In this document: positions 17,363 through 27,610 of the stretch, piece by piece
Numbering within the stretch: the first letter of the stretch is position 1
Layout of the letters: every line of letters begins with the position of its first letter
Source of the DNA: an uncultured Eubacteriales bacterium
GTDB taxonomy: Bacteria > Acidobacteriota > Aminicenantia > Aminicenantales > UBA8522
Length of the DNA stretch: 49,616 bases
Direction of reading: 5' to 3'
NCBI GenBank assembly: GCA_964408495.1
Contig: CAYOZW010000001.1
Coordinates: forward strand, 1-49,616
Notes under the pieces: model-generated
Seen by the model: the letters and a program-made list of their open reading frames with translations, nothing else
What the model was told of the DNA's origin: nothing
Databases searched by the model: none
Made by a program: the position numbers and the translations under genes

Positions 17363-20040
17363 TGTCCTCCGAAAAAAGACTCTTCCTGATCGACGGCAAC
17401 GCCCTCCTCTACCGTTCTTACTACGCCATCCAGCGGCTCTCGACCTCCCGGGGCTTTCCCACCAATGCCATCTACGGTTTCCTGAGCACGCTCCGCAAGC
17501 TCCTCGGCCAGGAGAAGCCTTCCTACCTGGGGATCGTATTCGACACGGGCAAACCTACCCTCCGGCATCAGGCCTTCAAGGCTTACAAAGCCCACCGCAA
17601 GCCCATGCCGGAAGACCTCATTTCCCAAGTCCCTGTTCTGAAGAAGGTCATCCGGGCCATGAACATTCCGCTGTTCGAGCAGGAGAATTATGAGGCCGAT
17701 GACGTCCTGGGGAGCCTGGCGAGGAAGGCCGGGAAGCTACGAGTTCCGTCTGTTATCGTCAGCACGGATAAGGACCTTCTTCAGCTCGTGGATGCTCAGA
17801 CCATGGTCTACAACCCGGCCAAGGAAATCTATCTCGATGAAGCCAAGGTCAAGGAGGTCTTTGGAGTCGCCCCTTCCCAGGTCATCGATGTCCTGTCCCT
17901 CTGGGGAGACCCCTCAGACAATGTCCCGGGCGTGCCGGGGATCGGGGAGAAGACATCGAAGTCCCTGATCAGTCAATTCGGGTCTCTGGAGAACCTTCTC
18001 AGCCGCCTGGAAGAGATCAAGAACCCCCGGTTGCGCGAGAGTATCAAGCAAAACAAGGACAAGCTCGACCTCAGCCGGCAGTTGGTGACGATCGAGAAAG
18101 ACCTGGATGTCCGTTTCAACCTGGATGACTTCGTCATCTCGCCCCCGAATACAGAGGAGCTGGCGCCTCTCCTCCAAGAGCTGGAATTCACTTCGCTGCT
18201 AGTCGAGCTGGTCGGAAAACCCGCCCGGGCCGAAAAGAAATATTCGGCCATCCTCGACAAGTCGGCTCTCCAGGAGCTTATCGGCCGGATCCGCAAAGCC
18301 GGATTCGTCTCCCTGGACACGGAAACGGACAGCCCTTCTCCCACCCGGGCCCGCCTCGTCGGCATGTCTTTTGCCATCAAGGCCGGGGAGGCGTTTTACC
18401 TTCCCCTCGGACATGACTACACGGGCGCACCGCTGCAGATCCCCAAGAAGACAGCGTTCGACCTTCTCCGCGGTCTCCTCGCCGACCCGGGCATCCGGAA
18501 GATCGGGCAGAACATCAAGTATGATGCCATCGTGCTCCGGCGGGAGGGCCTGGAGCTCCAGGGCATCGACCTGGACACGATGGTCCTCTCCTATCTTCTG
18601 GAGCCGAACTGGGGCAAACATAACCTGGAGAAGCTGGCCCTTACCTATCTCCACGCCCAGGCCATCACCTACGAGGAGGTCGCCGGCAAGGGAAAGAACG
18701 CGGTCACGATGAACGCTGTCCCCGTGGAGAGGGTCGTGCCCTATGCCTGCCAGGACGCCGACTTCGCCCTCGCCCTCGGCGAATCGCTCTGGCCGATGGT
18801 CGCCGGGAAAAACCTCGACCGGCTCTATCGCGAGATCGAGCAGCCGCTCATCGAGCTTCTGGTCGAAATGGAGATCTGGGGGGTCAAGGTCGACAGCCAG
18901 GCCTTCGCCCGTCTATCCGATGAACTCGAGTCTGAGCTTCACCGCTTGGAAGAAAAGATCTTCGAGCTCAGCGGCGGCAAGTTCAACCTCAACTCGCCGC
19001 AGCAACTGGGCGATATCCTTTTTCATAAACTCCAGCTGCAACCCTCCCGGAAGACCAAAATCACCAAGCGCTATTCGACCTCGCTGAACGTCCTCCAGGA
19101 ACTGGCCCCTCTTCACCCCCTGGCCCAGTACGCCCTGGAATACCGCCAGATGTCCAAGCTCAAGTCCACCTACGCCGCAGCCCTTCCACTCCTCATCAAC
19201 CCGGAAACGGGAAGGATCCATACCTCTTATAACCAGACCGTCACCTCAACGGGACGGCTCTCCAGTTCCGAGCCCAACCTTCAGAATATCCCGATGCGCG
19301 GCCCGATGGGTCAGCGCTTCCGCCAGGCCTTCATCCCAGAACCCGGGGACCTTCTCCTGGCCGCGGACTACTCGCAGATCGAGCTCCGCGTGCTCGCCCA
19401 TCTCTCCCAGGACCGGGCGCTCATCGAGACGTTCGCCGCCGACCGCGACGTCCACGAAGAGACGGCCCGCCGGGTCTTCGGAGAGGCTCTTTTCCAGCCC
19501 TGGGAAGAGCTCCGGAGAAAGGCCAAGATTATCAACTTCAGCATCATCTATGGGACATCGGCCTTTTCTCTGGCCAAGGAATTGGGAACATCCCAACGCG
19601 AGGCCCAGGATTTCATCGATCGCTATTATTGCCAGCATCCGAAGGTCGGAGAATTTTTGGAGGAAACGGTCCGGAAGGCCAGGGAGAATGGGTTCACCGA
19701 GACCATCTTCGGCCGGGTCCGCCAGGTCCCCGAGCTCCAACAGAGAGACCGGACGGTCCAACAGGCCGGGCGCCGCATCGCCCTCAACGCACCCGTCCAG
19801 GGCTCGGCCGCCGACCTGATGAAAAAGGCGATGATCGATATTTGGCGGGAATTCCAGGACAGACAACTCAAAACCAAAATCATCCTCCAGGTCCACGACG
19901 AGCTGGTCTTCGAGGCGCCCGAAGAGGAGAAGCCGGTCGTGGCCGACATCGTCCGGGAAAAGATGGAAAATGTCTTCCCCCTGCGCGTTCCTCTCAAGGT
20001 CCACCTCGGCTGGGGCCTCAACTGGGCCGAAGCGAAATGA
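17362..20040 (+). CDS. polA: DNA polymerase I
   Basis: 5'-nuclease N-terminus (LIDGNALLYRSYYA), 3'-5' exonuclease region, and polymerase motifs DYSQIELRVLAH, RRKAKIINFSIIYG, QVHDELVFE. Confidence 0.95.
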   Translation: MSSEKRLFLIDGNALLYRSYYAIQRLSTSRGFPTNAIYGFLSTLRKLLGQEKPSYLGIVFDTGKPTLRHQAFKAYKAHRKPMPEDLISQVPVLKKVIRAMNIPLFEQENYEADDVLGSLARKAGKLRVPSVIVSTDKDLLQLVDAQTMVYNPAKEIYLDEAKVKEVFGVAPSQVIDVLSLWGDPSDNVPGVPGIGEKTSKSLISQFGSLENLLSRLEEIKNPRLRESIKQNKDKLDLSRQLVTIEKDLDVRFNLDDFVISPPNTEELAPLLQELEFTSLLVELVGKPARAEKKYSAILDKSALQELIGRIRKAGFVSLDTETDSPSPTRARLVGMSFAIKAGEAFYLPLGHDYTGAPLQIPKKTAFDLLRGLLADPGIRKIGQNIKYDAIVLRREGLELQGIDLDTMVLSYLLEPNWGKHNLEKLALTYLHAQAITYEEVAGKGKNAVTMNAVPVERVVPYACQDADFALALGESLWPMVAGKNLDRLYREIEQPLIELLVEMEIWGVKVDSQAFARLSDELESELHRLEEKIFELSGGKFNLNSPQQLGDILFHKLQLQPSRKTKITKRYSTSLNVLQELAPLHPLAQYALEYRQMSKLKSTYAAALPLLINPETGRIHTSYNQTVTSTGRLSSSEPNLQNIPMRGPMGQRFRQAFIPEPGDLLLAADYSQIELRVLAHLSQDRALIETFAADRDVHEETARRVFGEALFQPWEELRRKAKIINFSIIYGTSAFSLAKELGTSQREAQDFIDRYYCQHPKVGEFLEETVRKARENGFTETIFGRVRQVPELQQRDRTVQQAGRRIALNAPVQGSAADLMKKAMIDIWREFQDRQLKTKIILQVHDELVFEAPEEEKPVVADIVREKMENVFPLRVPLKVHLGWGLNWAEAK

Positions 20041-20117
20041 GTTAAGCTCTTCAGTTGCGTCCCGCTCTCACTCAGGTGACTTGAGTGAATGGCGGATCTT
20101 ATGAGAAAAGGGCTGAA

Positions 20118-22184
20118 ATGAAACCTGGAATCAAAGTTTTTCTTCTTCCGTCAATATTGACGGTCGCAGCTTTGGCCTGTTTCTCTGCCTGCGACGCTAA
20201 GAACCAAGAAAATAATATTCTGACCCAGAAGGCCCCGGTCGAAAAAAAGGGGCCCGTGCCCCGGAAGGACGCTTTTTTCGGGCTCCATTTCGACCTCCAT
20301 CCCCAGAAAGCCGACACTTCGCTGGGAGCGGATGTCAGCGAAGAAAATATCGCCGCCCTCCTCGAGCGTGTTCGTCCCGATTTCGTTCAATATGACTGCA
20401 AGGGCCATGCCGGATACACCGGCTATCCCACCTCTGTCGGCTGGGCGTCTCCGGGGATCGTCCGGGATTCTCTGGCCGTCTGGCGCCGGGTGACGAAAGA
20501 ACGCGGTGTTCCGCTTTTCATCCATTACTCGGGAGTCTGGGATTCCAAGGCGATCGAGGAACATCCGGATTGGGCCCGGATCGACGCCCTCGGCCGGCGC
20601 GACCCCAATGCCACGAGCGTCTTTGGCCCATATGTGGACGAACTCCTCATCCCTCAACTTAAAGAAGTGACCGCCGCCTACGACATCGACGGCCTGTGGG
20701 TTGACGGCGAGTGCTGGGCCGTCCAGCTCGACTATTCGCCGGCCGCGCTCAAAGCCTGGAGGGATCGGGCCAACTTGGCGGCCGCCCCGAAGGGCCGTTC
20801 CGAGCCGCTCTGGCTGGAGTGGAAGATGTTCCAGCGCGAGGCTTTTGAGAATTATCTCTGCCATTGGGTGGAAGCCCTTCATGCTCACCATCCCAAGCTT
20901 CAGATCACGAGCAATTGGATGTACACGACATTCGCTCCGAAGCCCGTCGTGGCCGACCTCGATTTCCTGAGCGGCGACTATTCGCCCAGCCTTTCCCTGG
21001 ACCGGGCCAGGGTCGAGGCGCGCTACCTGGCAAGCACGGACAAACCCTGGGATTTAATGGCCTGGGGGTTCGACCGCGGCCGGGAGCAGGGCTGGAGCTT
21101 GAAGAGCAGCCTCCACCTTCAGCAGGAAGCCGCCGTCGTCCTGATGCAGGGCGGCGGTTTCCAGGTCTACAATCAGCCGACCCGCCGCGGATATCTCATC
21201 CCGGCCGTTATCGAGCAACTGGGCCAGGTCGCTGACTTCTGCCGTGAGCGCCAAGCGCTGAGTCACAAAAGCCGGACCGTTCCACAAGTCGCCTTGCTTC
21301 TTTCCGAAACCTCCCTGTGGGACAAGATGGACCGTGTCTTTTCTCCCTGGAACGGCGAGTTCGACGAACTCGAAGGAGCCCTCCATGCCCTTCTCGAGCT
21401 CCATTACTCCGTCGATATTCTCGCCGAACATCAGCTTCAACAGCGGCTCCCGGATTACTCCCTGGTGGTCGTCCCGGATGCTCACAGGCTTTCCCCGTCG
21501 TTCCATGACGCCTTGCTCGAATATGTCAGGGCGGGAGGAGCCCTGCTCCTGCTGGGCGCTCGATCTGCCCGGCTTTATGAACCCGTCCTTGGCGTCCGTT
21601 TCGTCGGCGAGCCGAGCGCCGCTGTCACCGAGCTGGCCACGCCGGACGGGCCGGTCGCCGTGAACGGCCCCTGGCAGGCGGTAGAGCCGACAACCGCCCT
21701 GCCGGCGGCCTTCCGTTATCCCACCCGTGATTTCCGCCGGGAAGGCTCCGTCGCCGCCACGACCGTTTCTCTCGGGAAAGGGAAAATCACCGCCGTCTTC
21801 GGTCCTCTTGCTCTGGCATTTTTCCGCGGGCATCATCCCGGTCTGCGCCTTTTTTTCGGCGATCTCGCAGCCGCACTCTTGCCTGCTCCCAAGGTGAAAG
21901 TCGAAGGGCCGCCTACCCTCGACATCGCCCTCCGGCAAACCCGAGATGGCCGGCTGTGTCTTCACCTTCTCAATCGTTCGAATTTCCCTGTCCCCGACCG
22001 CTATAACTTCATCTCCGACATCCCCTCTATCGGTCCCATCAAAGTCACTCTCAGGCTCGATGCTAAGCCCAAAGTTGTCCGCTTGATGCCCGAGGGACAA
22101 AAACTGAGCTGGGCCTGGCGGGACAGCCTTCTGGAGGCGATCATCCCCTCTCTCCACATTCACGGGATGCTCGTCGTCGATTAA
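20118..22184 (+). CDS. lipoprotein, putative glycoside hydrolase (GHL6/alpha-L-fucosidase-like TIM barrel plus GH42M/ThuA-like domain)
   Basis: Lipobox LACFSAC after ATG 20118. FGLHFDLH..VQYDCKGHAGY..WVDGECW resembles the GHL6 family. The later segment VALLLSE..YSLVVVPDA..YVRAGGALLLLG resembles the beta-galactosidase trimerisation-type domain. Confidence 0.65.
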   Translation: MKPGIKVFLLPSILTVAALACFSACDAKNQENNILTQKAPVEKKGPVPRKDAFFGLHFDLHPQKADTSLGADVSEENIAALLERVRPDFVQYDCKGHAGYTGYPTSVGWASPGIVRDSLAVWRRVTKERGVPLFIHYSGVWDSKAIEEHPDWARIDALGRRDPNATSVFGPYVDELLIPQLKEVTAAYDIDGLWVDGECWAVQLDYSPAALKAWRDRANLAAAPKGRSEPLWLEWKMFQREAFENYLCHWVEALHAHHPKLQITSNWMYTTFAPKPVVADLDFLSGDYSPSLSLDRARVEARYLASTDKPWDLMAWGFDRGREQGWSLKSSLHLQQEAAVVLMQGGGFQVYNQPTRRGYLIPAVIEQLGQVADFCRERQALSHKSRTVPQVALLLSETSLWDKMDRVFSPWNGEFDELEGALHALLELHYSVDILAEHQLQQRLPDYSLVVVPDAHRLSPSFHDALLEYVRAGGALLLLGARSARLYEPVLGVRFVGEPSAAVTELATPDGPVAVNGPWQAVEPTTALPAAFRYPTRDFRREGSVAATTVSLGKGKITAVFGPLALAFFRGHHPGLRLFFGDLAAALLPAPKVKVEGPPTLDIALRQTRDGRLCLHLLNRSNFPVPDRYNFISDIPSIGPIKVTLRLDAKPKVVRLMPEGQKLSWAWRDSLLEAIIPSLHIHGMLVVD

Positions 22185-22253
22185 GTAAGTAGAGTTTTTT
22201 TCAAGGGACGGCGGCCTTCGGCCTCGCTGGAAATTCGAGAGACGTGGTCTGCT

Positions 22254-23378
22254 TCAGAGGTCCTTCTTGAAGACCCGGAAACGTTTATAGATCTGCCCGC
22301 CCATCTTCTCCATCTCCGCCCGCACCCCGACATTGGTTTCCATTTCGTGGTGGCTGTCCATGATCTCCATCCCGGCTTCCTGTGCCGATATGATCATAGG
22401 CATCCCCATAAAAACGTCGAGACCCTGGCCACGGTATTTTTCTTTCACCGCTCCGAGGAGAAGGTCGAGCTGCTTGGTCTTCTTGGCCGCCCGGAGGATA
22501 TGGATGAACCCGAAGGGGAAGAGGTGTCCCCGCGCCTTCTGAATGCCCGCGGTCATATCGGGAATCCCGACCACAAAAGCGGCCGGCTCATCGCCCTTGG
22601 CCACCACCTTAACGAAACGCGGGTCGAGAACGGGCATGTACCGCTTGGCGAGGTCGTCCATCTCCTTTTCATCGAGGGGGGCGAAACCATAGATGTCGCT
22701 TCCAGTGTAGCATTCGTTCATCAGGCTCAAGATGGGCCGGATCCAGGGTCTGAACTCCCTTCGCTTGCGGAATTCAACAACCCGGAAGATCCCCTTCCTG
22801 GCTGTCCGCTCGAAAATTTTCTTGTAAAATGCCGGCAGCTCCTTAGGGACGTCGAGCTTATAGACGACGTAGTCGATATCCTTGGTATATCCTTCGTCCT
22901 CCACCAGGCGGGGGAGCCATTCGTAATTGTAATAGGTGGCGATGGTGGCCCGGTGTTCGAACCCTTCGATAAGAAATCCCTCCGGATCTTGATCCGAAAA
23001 ACCATAGGGGCCGACGATCCGCGTCATTCCGAGGCTGCGGGTCCATTCTTCGACCCGCTCGAGCAGAGCATGGACAACCTCTTTATCCTCCCATGTTTCT
23101 AGAAAGCCGAATCTTCCCAGCTTTTCGTTCCGGTATTCGTTGAAGCGCGTATTGATAATGCCCATGATCCGGCCGACGACGCGGCTTTCCCGCATAGCCA
23201 GGAGCAGAAGAGTCTGACAATACCCGAACGCTTTGTTCTTCTTGGGGTTGAAGTACTTCCATTCGTCCATATAGATCGGCGGCACCCAGTTGCGGTGCCC
23301 CTTGTGAATCTTTTCCGGAAGATAGATGAACGCTTTCAGGTCGCGGCGTGTCTTGACCTCGCGGATGTCAATGGCCAT
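22254..23378 (-). CDS. GNAT-like N-acyltransferase, uncharacterised family
   Basis: 374-aa ORF with a good ATG start. C-terminal LLGAVKEKYRGQGL resembles the acyl-CoA-binding Q/RxxGxG/A motif of the GNAT fold. Family assignment is tentative. Confidence 0.6.
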   Translation of the reverse strand: MAIDIREVKTRRDLKAFIYLPEKIHKGHRNWVPPIYMDEWKYFNPKKNKAFGYCQTLLLLAMRESRVVGRIMGIINTRFNEYRNEKLGRFGFLETWEDKEVVHALLERVEEWTRSLGMTRIVGPYGFSDQDPEGFLIEGFEHRATIATYYNYEWLPRLVEDEGYTKDIDYVVYKLDVPKELPAFYKKIFERTARKGIFRVVEFRKRREFRPWIRPILSLMNECYTGSDIYGFAPLDEKEMDDLAKRYMPVLDPRFVKVVAKGDEPAAFVVGIPDMTAGIQKARGHLFPFGFIHILRAAKKTKQLDLLLGAVKEKYRGQGLDVFMGMPMIISAQEAGMEIMDSHHEMETNVGVRAEMEKMGGQIYKRFRVFKKDL

Positions 23379-23470
23379 GGTCTTCTCCCTTCGTGTCCAA
23401 CTCTAACCTGGACTCCCTTATCCTACAATCGGGGCAAAAAATCAAATTCTTCAACCCGGCCCGCTCCCGA

Positions 23471-23498
23471 TTGACAATCTCCTCTCATTCCTGATAAT
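23471..23498 (+). promoter_or_regulatory. sigma70-like promoter candidate for the rnf operon
   Basis: Perfect TTGACA (23471-23476), 16-nt spacer, GATAAT (23493-23498). This argues that the ATG at 23500 is not the rnfC start. Confidence 0.45.
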
Positions 23499-23538
23499 AA
23501 TGAAGCTTCGTGAGGCGGAACAGGAATTTCGGCCGGAC

Positions 23539-24858
23539 ATGAAAAAAAGGACTTTTCCTCGCGGCGTTCATCCTCAGGAAGGAAAGGAATCGACCTCTCA
23601 GAAATCCCTTCTTCCCCTCCCCCCGCCGGAGCGTGTCATCATCCCTCTCCTCCAGCACTTCGGGAGCCCGGCCCGGCCTCTCGTCAGCAAGGGCCAGGAG
23701 GTTTTGCTCGGGCAGAGGATCGGAGAGGCCACGGGTCTCTTCTCCTCCCATATCCATGCCAGTGTTTCGGGGAAGGTCCTCGCCGTGGAAGAGCACGGCC
23801 ACTCCGGAGGCTATCCGGTTCCCGCGGTGGTCATCGCCAACGACGCTCAGGACAAAACAGATTCCGAAACTGCCGGCGCCGCCGATCCGTTTTCACTCTC
23901 TCCCGATGAGATCCGTCAAAAGGTCAAAGACGCGGGCATCGTCGGCCTGGGGGGAGCCGCCTTCCCGACCGCGGTGAAACTCGCACCTCCCAAAGACAAA
24001 GCCATCGATATCCTGATCATCAACGGCTGCGAGTGCGAGCCGATGCTGACGGCTGATTACCGGCTGATGCTGGAGTATCCAGAGGCGGTTCTCAAGGGGG
24101 CCGAGCTCGCCCGACTGGCCGTTGGCGCCCAAAAGATCCTCATCGGAATCGAGGACAACAAAGACGAGGCCGTGGATACACTCGGCCGACTGACAAACCA
24201 TTTCCCGGTCGAAATCCACCTCCTCAAAACAAAATACCCCCAGGGCGCAGAGAAGAACCTCATTTACGCCCTCCTCCGCCGCGAGGTTCCCCGGGGAGGC
24301 CTGCCTTTCGACGTCGGAATCGTCGTCCAGAACGTCGGCACGGTCAAGGCGATCTGGGAGGCCGTATCCTCCGGGAAGCCCCTCTATGAGAGGGCGGTCA
24401 CGGTCGGAGGGTCCGGCATTCACGAGCCAAAAAATCTGCTCGCCCGCGTGGGCACCCCCTTCCGGAGCGCTATCGACTTCTGCGGCGGCCTCAAGGACGA
24501 GGTGAATACCCTCATCATGGGCGGACCGATGATGGGGCTGGCCCAGTGGTCGCTGGACACTCCGATCGTCAAGGGAACGTCGGGCATCCTGGCCTGGATC
24601 TCATCCGTGCCGGAGTCCGAATATGCCTGCATCCGCTGCGGGCGCTGTGTCGAGCATTGCCCGATGGGACTCGCTCCCACCCACCTGCACAAATTCAGCC
24701 GCTACGAAAAATGGGCCGAAGCCGAGGATTGGGGAGTCCTGGATTGCGTAGAGTGCGGCTGCTGCCAGTATATCTGTCCTTCCAAGATTCCTCTGGTCCA
24801 CTGGATGCGTTTAGGCAAAAACAAAATCAACCGGGCGAAAAGGAAAAAGAGCGCCTGA
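23539..24858 (+). CDS. rnfC: Rnf electron transport complex subunit C
   Basis: MKKRTFPRGVHPQEGK N-terminus, GLGGAAFPT NADH/FMN region, two ferredoxin motifs CIRCGRCVEHCP and CVECGCCQYICP. Confidence 0.9.
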   Translation: MKKRTFPRGVHPQEGKESTSQKSLLPLPPPERVIIPLLQHFGSPARPLVSKGQEVLLGQRIGEATGLFSSHIHASVSGKVLAVEEHGHSGGYPVPAVVIANDAQDKTDSETAGAADPFSLSPDEIRQKVKDAGIVGLGGAAFPTAVKLAPPKDKAIDILIINGCECEPMLTADYRLMLEYPEAVLKGAELARLAVGAQKILIGIEDNKDEAVDTLGRLTNHFPVEIHLLKTKYPQGAEKNLIYALLRREVPRGGLPFDVGIVVQNVGTVKAIWEAVSSGKPLYERAVTVGGSGIHEPKNLLARVGTPFRSAIDFCGGLKDEVNTLIMGGPMMGLAQWSLDTPIVKGTSGILAWISSVPESEYACIRCGRCVEHCPMGLAPTHLHKFSRYEKWAEAEDWGVLDCVECGCCQYICPSKIPLVHWMRLGKNKINRAKRKKSA

Positions 24859-24860
24859 CC

Positions 24861-25832
24861 ATGGCCGAGCCTTACCTTGTTCAATCCTCTCCCCACATCA
24901 GGGCCAAGGACACGACGCCCCGGATTATGGCCCGCGTCCTTATCAGCCTTCTGCCGGCCTGCCTCGCCGCTATCTATTATTTCCGGCTGCGGGCCTTTGC
25001 TCTCATTTCCGTCTGCGTGATTGCCAGCCTGGCTACGGAAGCGATCTTCCTGTGGGCGAGGAAAAAGCCTCTCTCGCCGGTTTTTGACGGTTCGGCGATC
25101 ATCACCGGACTGCTCCTGGCCATGACGCTCCCCCCCTCCTTTCCCTTGGGTTCCGCGGTCATCGGGGCTGTCGTTTCCATCGGCATCGGCAAGCAGGTCT
25201 TCGGGGGACTGGGTCATAACATTTTCAATCCGGCCCTCGTCGGCCGGGCTTTCCTTTCGGCCGCTTTTCCTGTCGCCATGACGACCTGGATACCCCCAGT
25301 CACTCTCCATGTGGACCTCGCCACGTTCGCCACGCCCTTGGGAAACCTGAAATTTCAGGAAGCCATAGCCCAGGGAACCCTGGCGCCCCTCCGGGACCTC
25401 TTTTGGGGGAATATCGGCGGCTGCATCGGCGAAACCTCGGCCATCGCCCTCCTCATCGGGGGATTCTATCTTCTCCTCAAACGCACGATCGACTGGCGCA
25501 TTCCGCTGGGATGTGCTATCTCCCTGGGTGTCTTCAGCGGCGCCTTCTGGTTGGCCGACCCAGGCCGCTACGCCTCCCCCCTCTTCCATCTCTTGGCTGG
25601 CGGCTTCCTTCTTGGCGCTCTCTTTATGGCCACAGATATGGTCACTTCTCCCGTCACCGCCAAGGCCACCTGGGTTTATGCGCTCGGCATCGGGATAGTC
25701 ACCGGGATTATTCGGTTTTTCAGCGGCTATCCTGAAGGAGTCATGTACAGCATCCTGTTTATGAATACCTTCGTTCCTCTGCTCAACAGCTACTTGCGTC
25801 CACGCATCCTGGGAGAGAGGCTAAAGAAATGA
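24861..25832 (+). CDS. rnfD: Rnf complex subunit D
   Basis: SSPHIRAKDTT.., polytopic protein, and FMATDMVTSP (FMN-attachment Thr/Ser region). The ORF-track N-terminal extension (24546) lies inside rnfC. Confidence 0.9.
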   Translation: MAEPYLVQSSPHIRAKDTTPRIMARVLISLLPACLAAIYYFRLRAFALISVCVIASLATEAIFLWARKKPLSPVFDGSAIITGLLLAMTLPPSFPLGSAVIGAVVSIGIGKQVFGGLGHNIFNPALVGRAFLSAAFPVAMTTWIPPVTLHVDLATFATPLGNLKFQEAIAQGTLAPLRDLFWGNIGGCIGETSAIALLIGGFYLLLKRTIDWRIPLGCAISLGVFSGAFWLADPGRYASPLFHLLAGGFLLGALFMATDMVTSPVTAKATWVYALGIGIVTGIIRFFSGYPEGVMYSILFMNTFVPLLNSYLRPRILGERLKK

Positions 25833-26434
25833 GCTTGTCCTCCAGGATGGTCATCGTCCTTACCGCAGTCGGGCTCCTTTCGGGAGGATTCCTGGCCAGT
25901 GTCGGGATTCTCACCAAGGACCGGATCGCCCTGAATAAAAAAATGGAGATTGAACGGGCCATCGTTGCGGTCGTCCCCGGGTCGGTCGCGACCGAGACTC
26001 TCTATGAAGAAAAAGAGTTCACCGTCTACGGAGGCAAGAACGAGGCCGGTGATCTTCAGGGGTACGCCGTCTATACGTCCGGCGTCGGCTTCCAGGACAA
26101 GATCATCCTGATGATCGGCACCGATGCTTCCCTCTCTCGCCTCAACAGCCTCGTCGTCCTCGACCAGAAAGAGACGCCCGGCTTGGGGGCGAAAATCGTC
26201 GACCGGACGTCCTTCCTCGTCTATTGGGAAAACAAGGACTTCTCCCAGCCCTTTAGCCTGCGCAAGCCGCCCGCCCCGTCGCCGGAGAGCCTCTCCGCCT
26301 CCGAGGTCAACACCATCACCGGGGCAACCATATCCTCGGAGGCCGTGCTCAACATCGTCAACGCGGCCCGGGAGAAGGTCATGGCACTGAGAGAAGAAGG
26401 CAAGCTAGCCCCGGGAGGGCCGGATGCCGAGTAG
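25829..26434 (+). CDS. rnfG: Rnf complex subunit G (FMN-binding)
   Basis: N-terminal TM and TITGATISS flavinylation motif. ATGA overlap with the rnfD stop. Confidence 0.85.
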   Translation: MSLSSRMVIVLTAVGLLSGGFLASVGILTKDRIALNKKMEIERAIVAVVPGSVATETLYEEKEFTVYGGKNEAGDLQGYAVYTSGVGFQDKIILMIGTDASLSRLNSLVVLDQKETPGLGAKIVDRTSFLVYWENKDFSQPFSLRKPPAPSPESLSASEVNTITGATISSEAVLNIVNAAREKVMALREEGKLAPGGPDAE

Positions 26435-27032
26435 GACAGCGGGCCAGGATTTCCTCAAAGGGCTGTGGCAGGAAAACCCGATTTTCCGCCAGATGCTGGG
26501 GATGTGCCCGACCCTGGCGGTGACCAACGCCGTGATCAACGGGGTCGCCATGGGCCTGGCCACCGCCTTCGTCCTTATCTTCAGCTCTTTTCTGATATCG
26601 CTCATCAAGAAGCTTATCCCAAACCAAGTGCGGATTGCTTGTTATGTCGTTATCATCGCGACATTCGTGACCATCGCCGACCGTTTCCTGGCGGCCTTCT
26701 TCCCCCCCATCTCCAAGAGCCTCGGCCCGTTCGTTCCCCTCATCGTCGTCAACTGCATCATCCTCGGCCGGGCCGAAGCCTTTGCCTCCAAGAACACGCC
26801 GGGCCGCTCGGTCATCGATGCTTTGGGCATGAGCGCAGGGTTCATCATGGCCCTGCTCATCCTCAGCTCGATCCGCGAAGTCCTGGGGAGTGGGACCTTC
26901 ATGGGCACCAAGGTTATGGGGGCGTGGTTCGAGCCCTGGGTGATCATGGTCCTCCCCCCGGGCGCCTTCATTACGCTAGGGATCCTGATGGCCGTCAGCC
27001 TGCAGCTCGAAAGGAAAAAAGGGGGAAAATAG
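26424..27032 (+). CDS. rnfE: Rnf complex subunit E
   Basis: GLWQENPIFRQMLGMCPTLAVT signature; about 6 TM segments. Confidence 0.9.
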   Translation: MPSRTAGQDFLKGLWQENPIFRQMLGMCPTLAVTNAVINGVAMGLATAFVLIFSSFLISLIKKLIPNQVRIACYVVIIATFVTIADRFLAAFFPPISKSLGPFVPLIVVNCIILGRAEAFASKNTPGRSVIDALGMSAGFIMALLILSSIREVLGSGTFMGTKVMGAWFEPWVIMVLPPGAFITLGILMAVSLQLERKKGGK

Positions 27033-27034
27033 GA

Positions 27035-27610
27035 GTGGAGCTCGTCACCCTTTTCATCGGCGCGATCCTGATCAACAACTTCGTCCTCCACTACTTCCTC
27101 GGGATCTGCCCTTTCCTGGGCGTCTCCAAGAAAATTGACGCCGCCCTCTCCATGGGGCTGGCGGTAACGTTTGTCATGAGCCTGACAGCCGTTGTCTCGT
27201 GGGCGATCAACCATCTGATTTTGATCCCTTACGGTCTCGATTATCTCCAGATCGTCTCCTTCATCCTGGTCATCGCTTCGCTGGTGCAGCTCGTCGAGAT
27301 GTTCATCCGGAAGACCAGCCCTCCCCTCTACCAGGCGATGGGTATCTATCTCCCTTTGATCACGACCAACTGCGCCATCATGGGACTGGCCCTGCTGACC
27401 GCCTTGAAAAATTACGACTTTGTCGAAGCCGTGGTCTTCGGCGTCGGGTCGGGCCTCGGATTCACCCTGGCCATCGTCCTCATGGCCGCCATCCGCGAAC
27501 AGCTCGAGGTGGCCGACGTGCCGAAACCGCTCCAGGGAGCGGCGATCGCTCTAATCATCGCCGGCATCATGGCCCTGGCCTTCCTCGGTTTCTCGGGGAT
27601 GATCAAGTGA
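27035..27610 (+). CDS. rnfA: Rnf complex subunit A
   Basis: GTG 27035 gives VELVTLFIGAILINNFVLHYFLGICPFLGVS, the RnfA signature. The longer ORF-track frame (26465) overlaps rnfE and is rejected. Confidence 0.9.
   Translation: MELVTLFIGAILINNFVLHYFLGICPFLGVSKKIDAALSMGLAVTFVMSLTAVVSWAINHLILIPYGLDYLQIVSFILVIASLVQLVEMFIRKTSPPLYQAMGIYLPLITTNCAIMGLALLTALKNYDFVEAVVFGVGSGLGFTLAIVLMAAIREQLEVADVPKPLQGAAIALIIAGIMALAFLGFSGMIK

Noticed and set aside
20151-22163. Minus-strand ORFs 20151-20891 and 21054-22163.
   Set aside because: They are antisense to the 699-aa lipoprotein/glycoside-hydrolase-like gene. Composition is shadow-ORF-like and neither has start-site signals.
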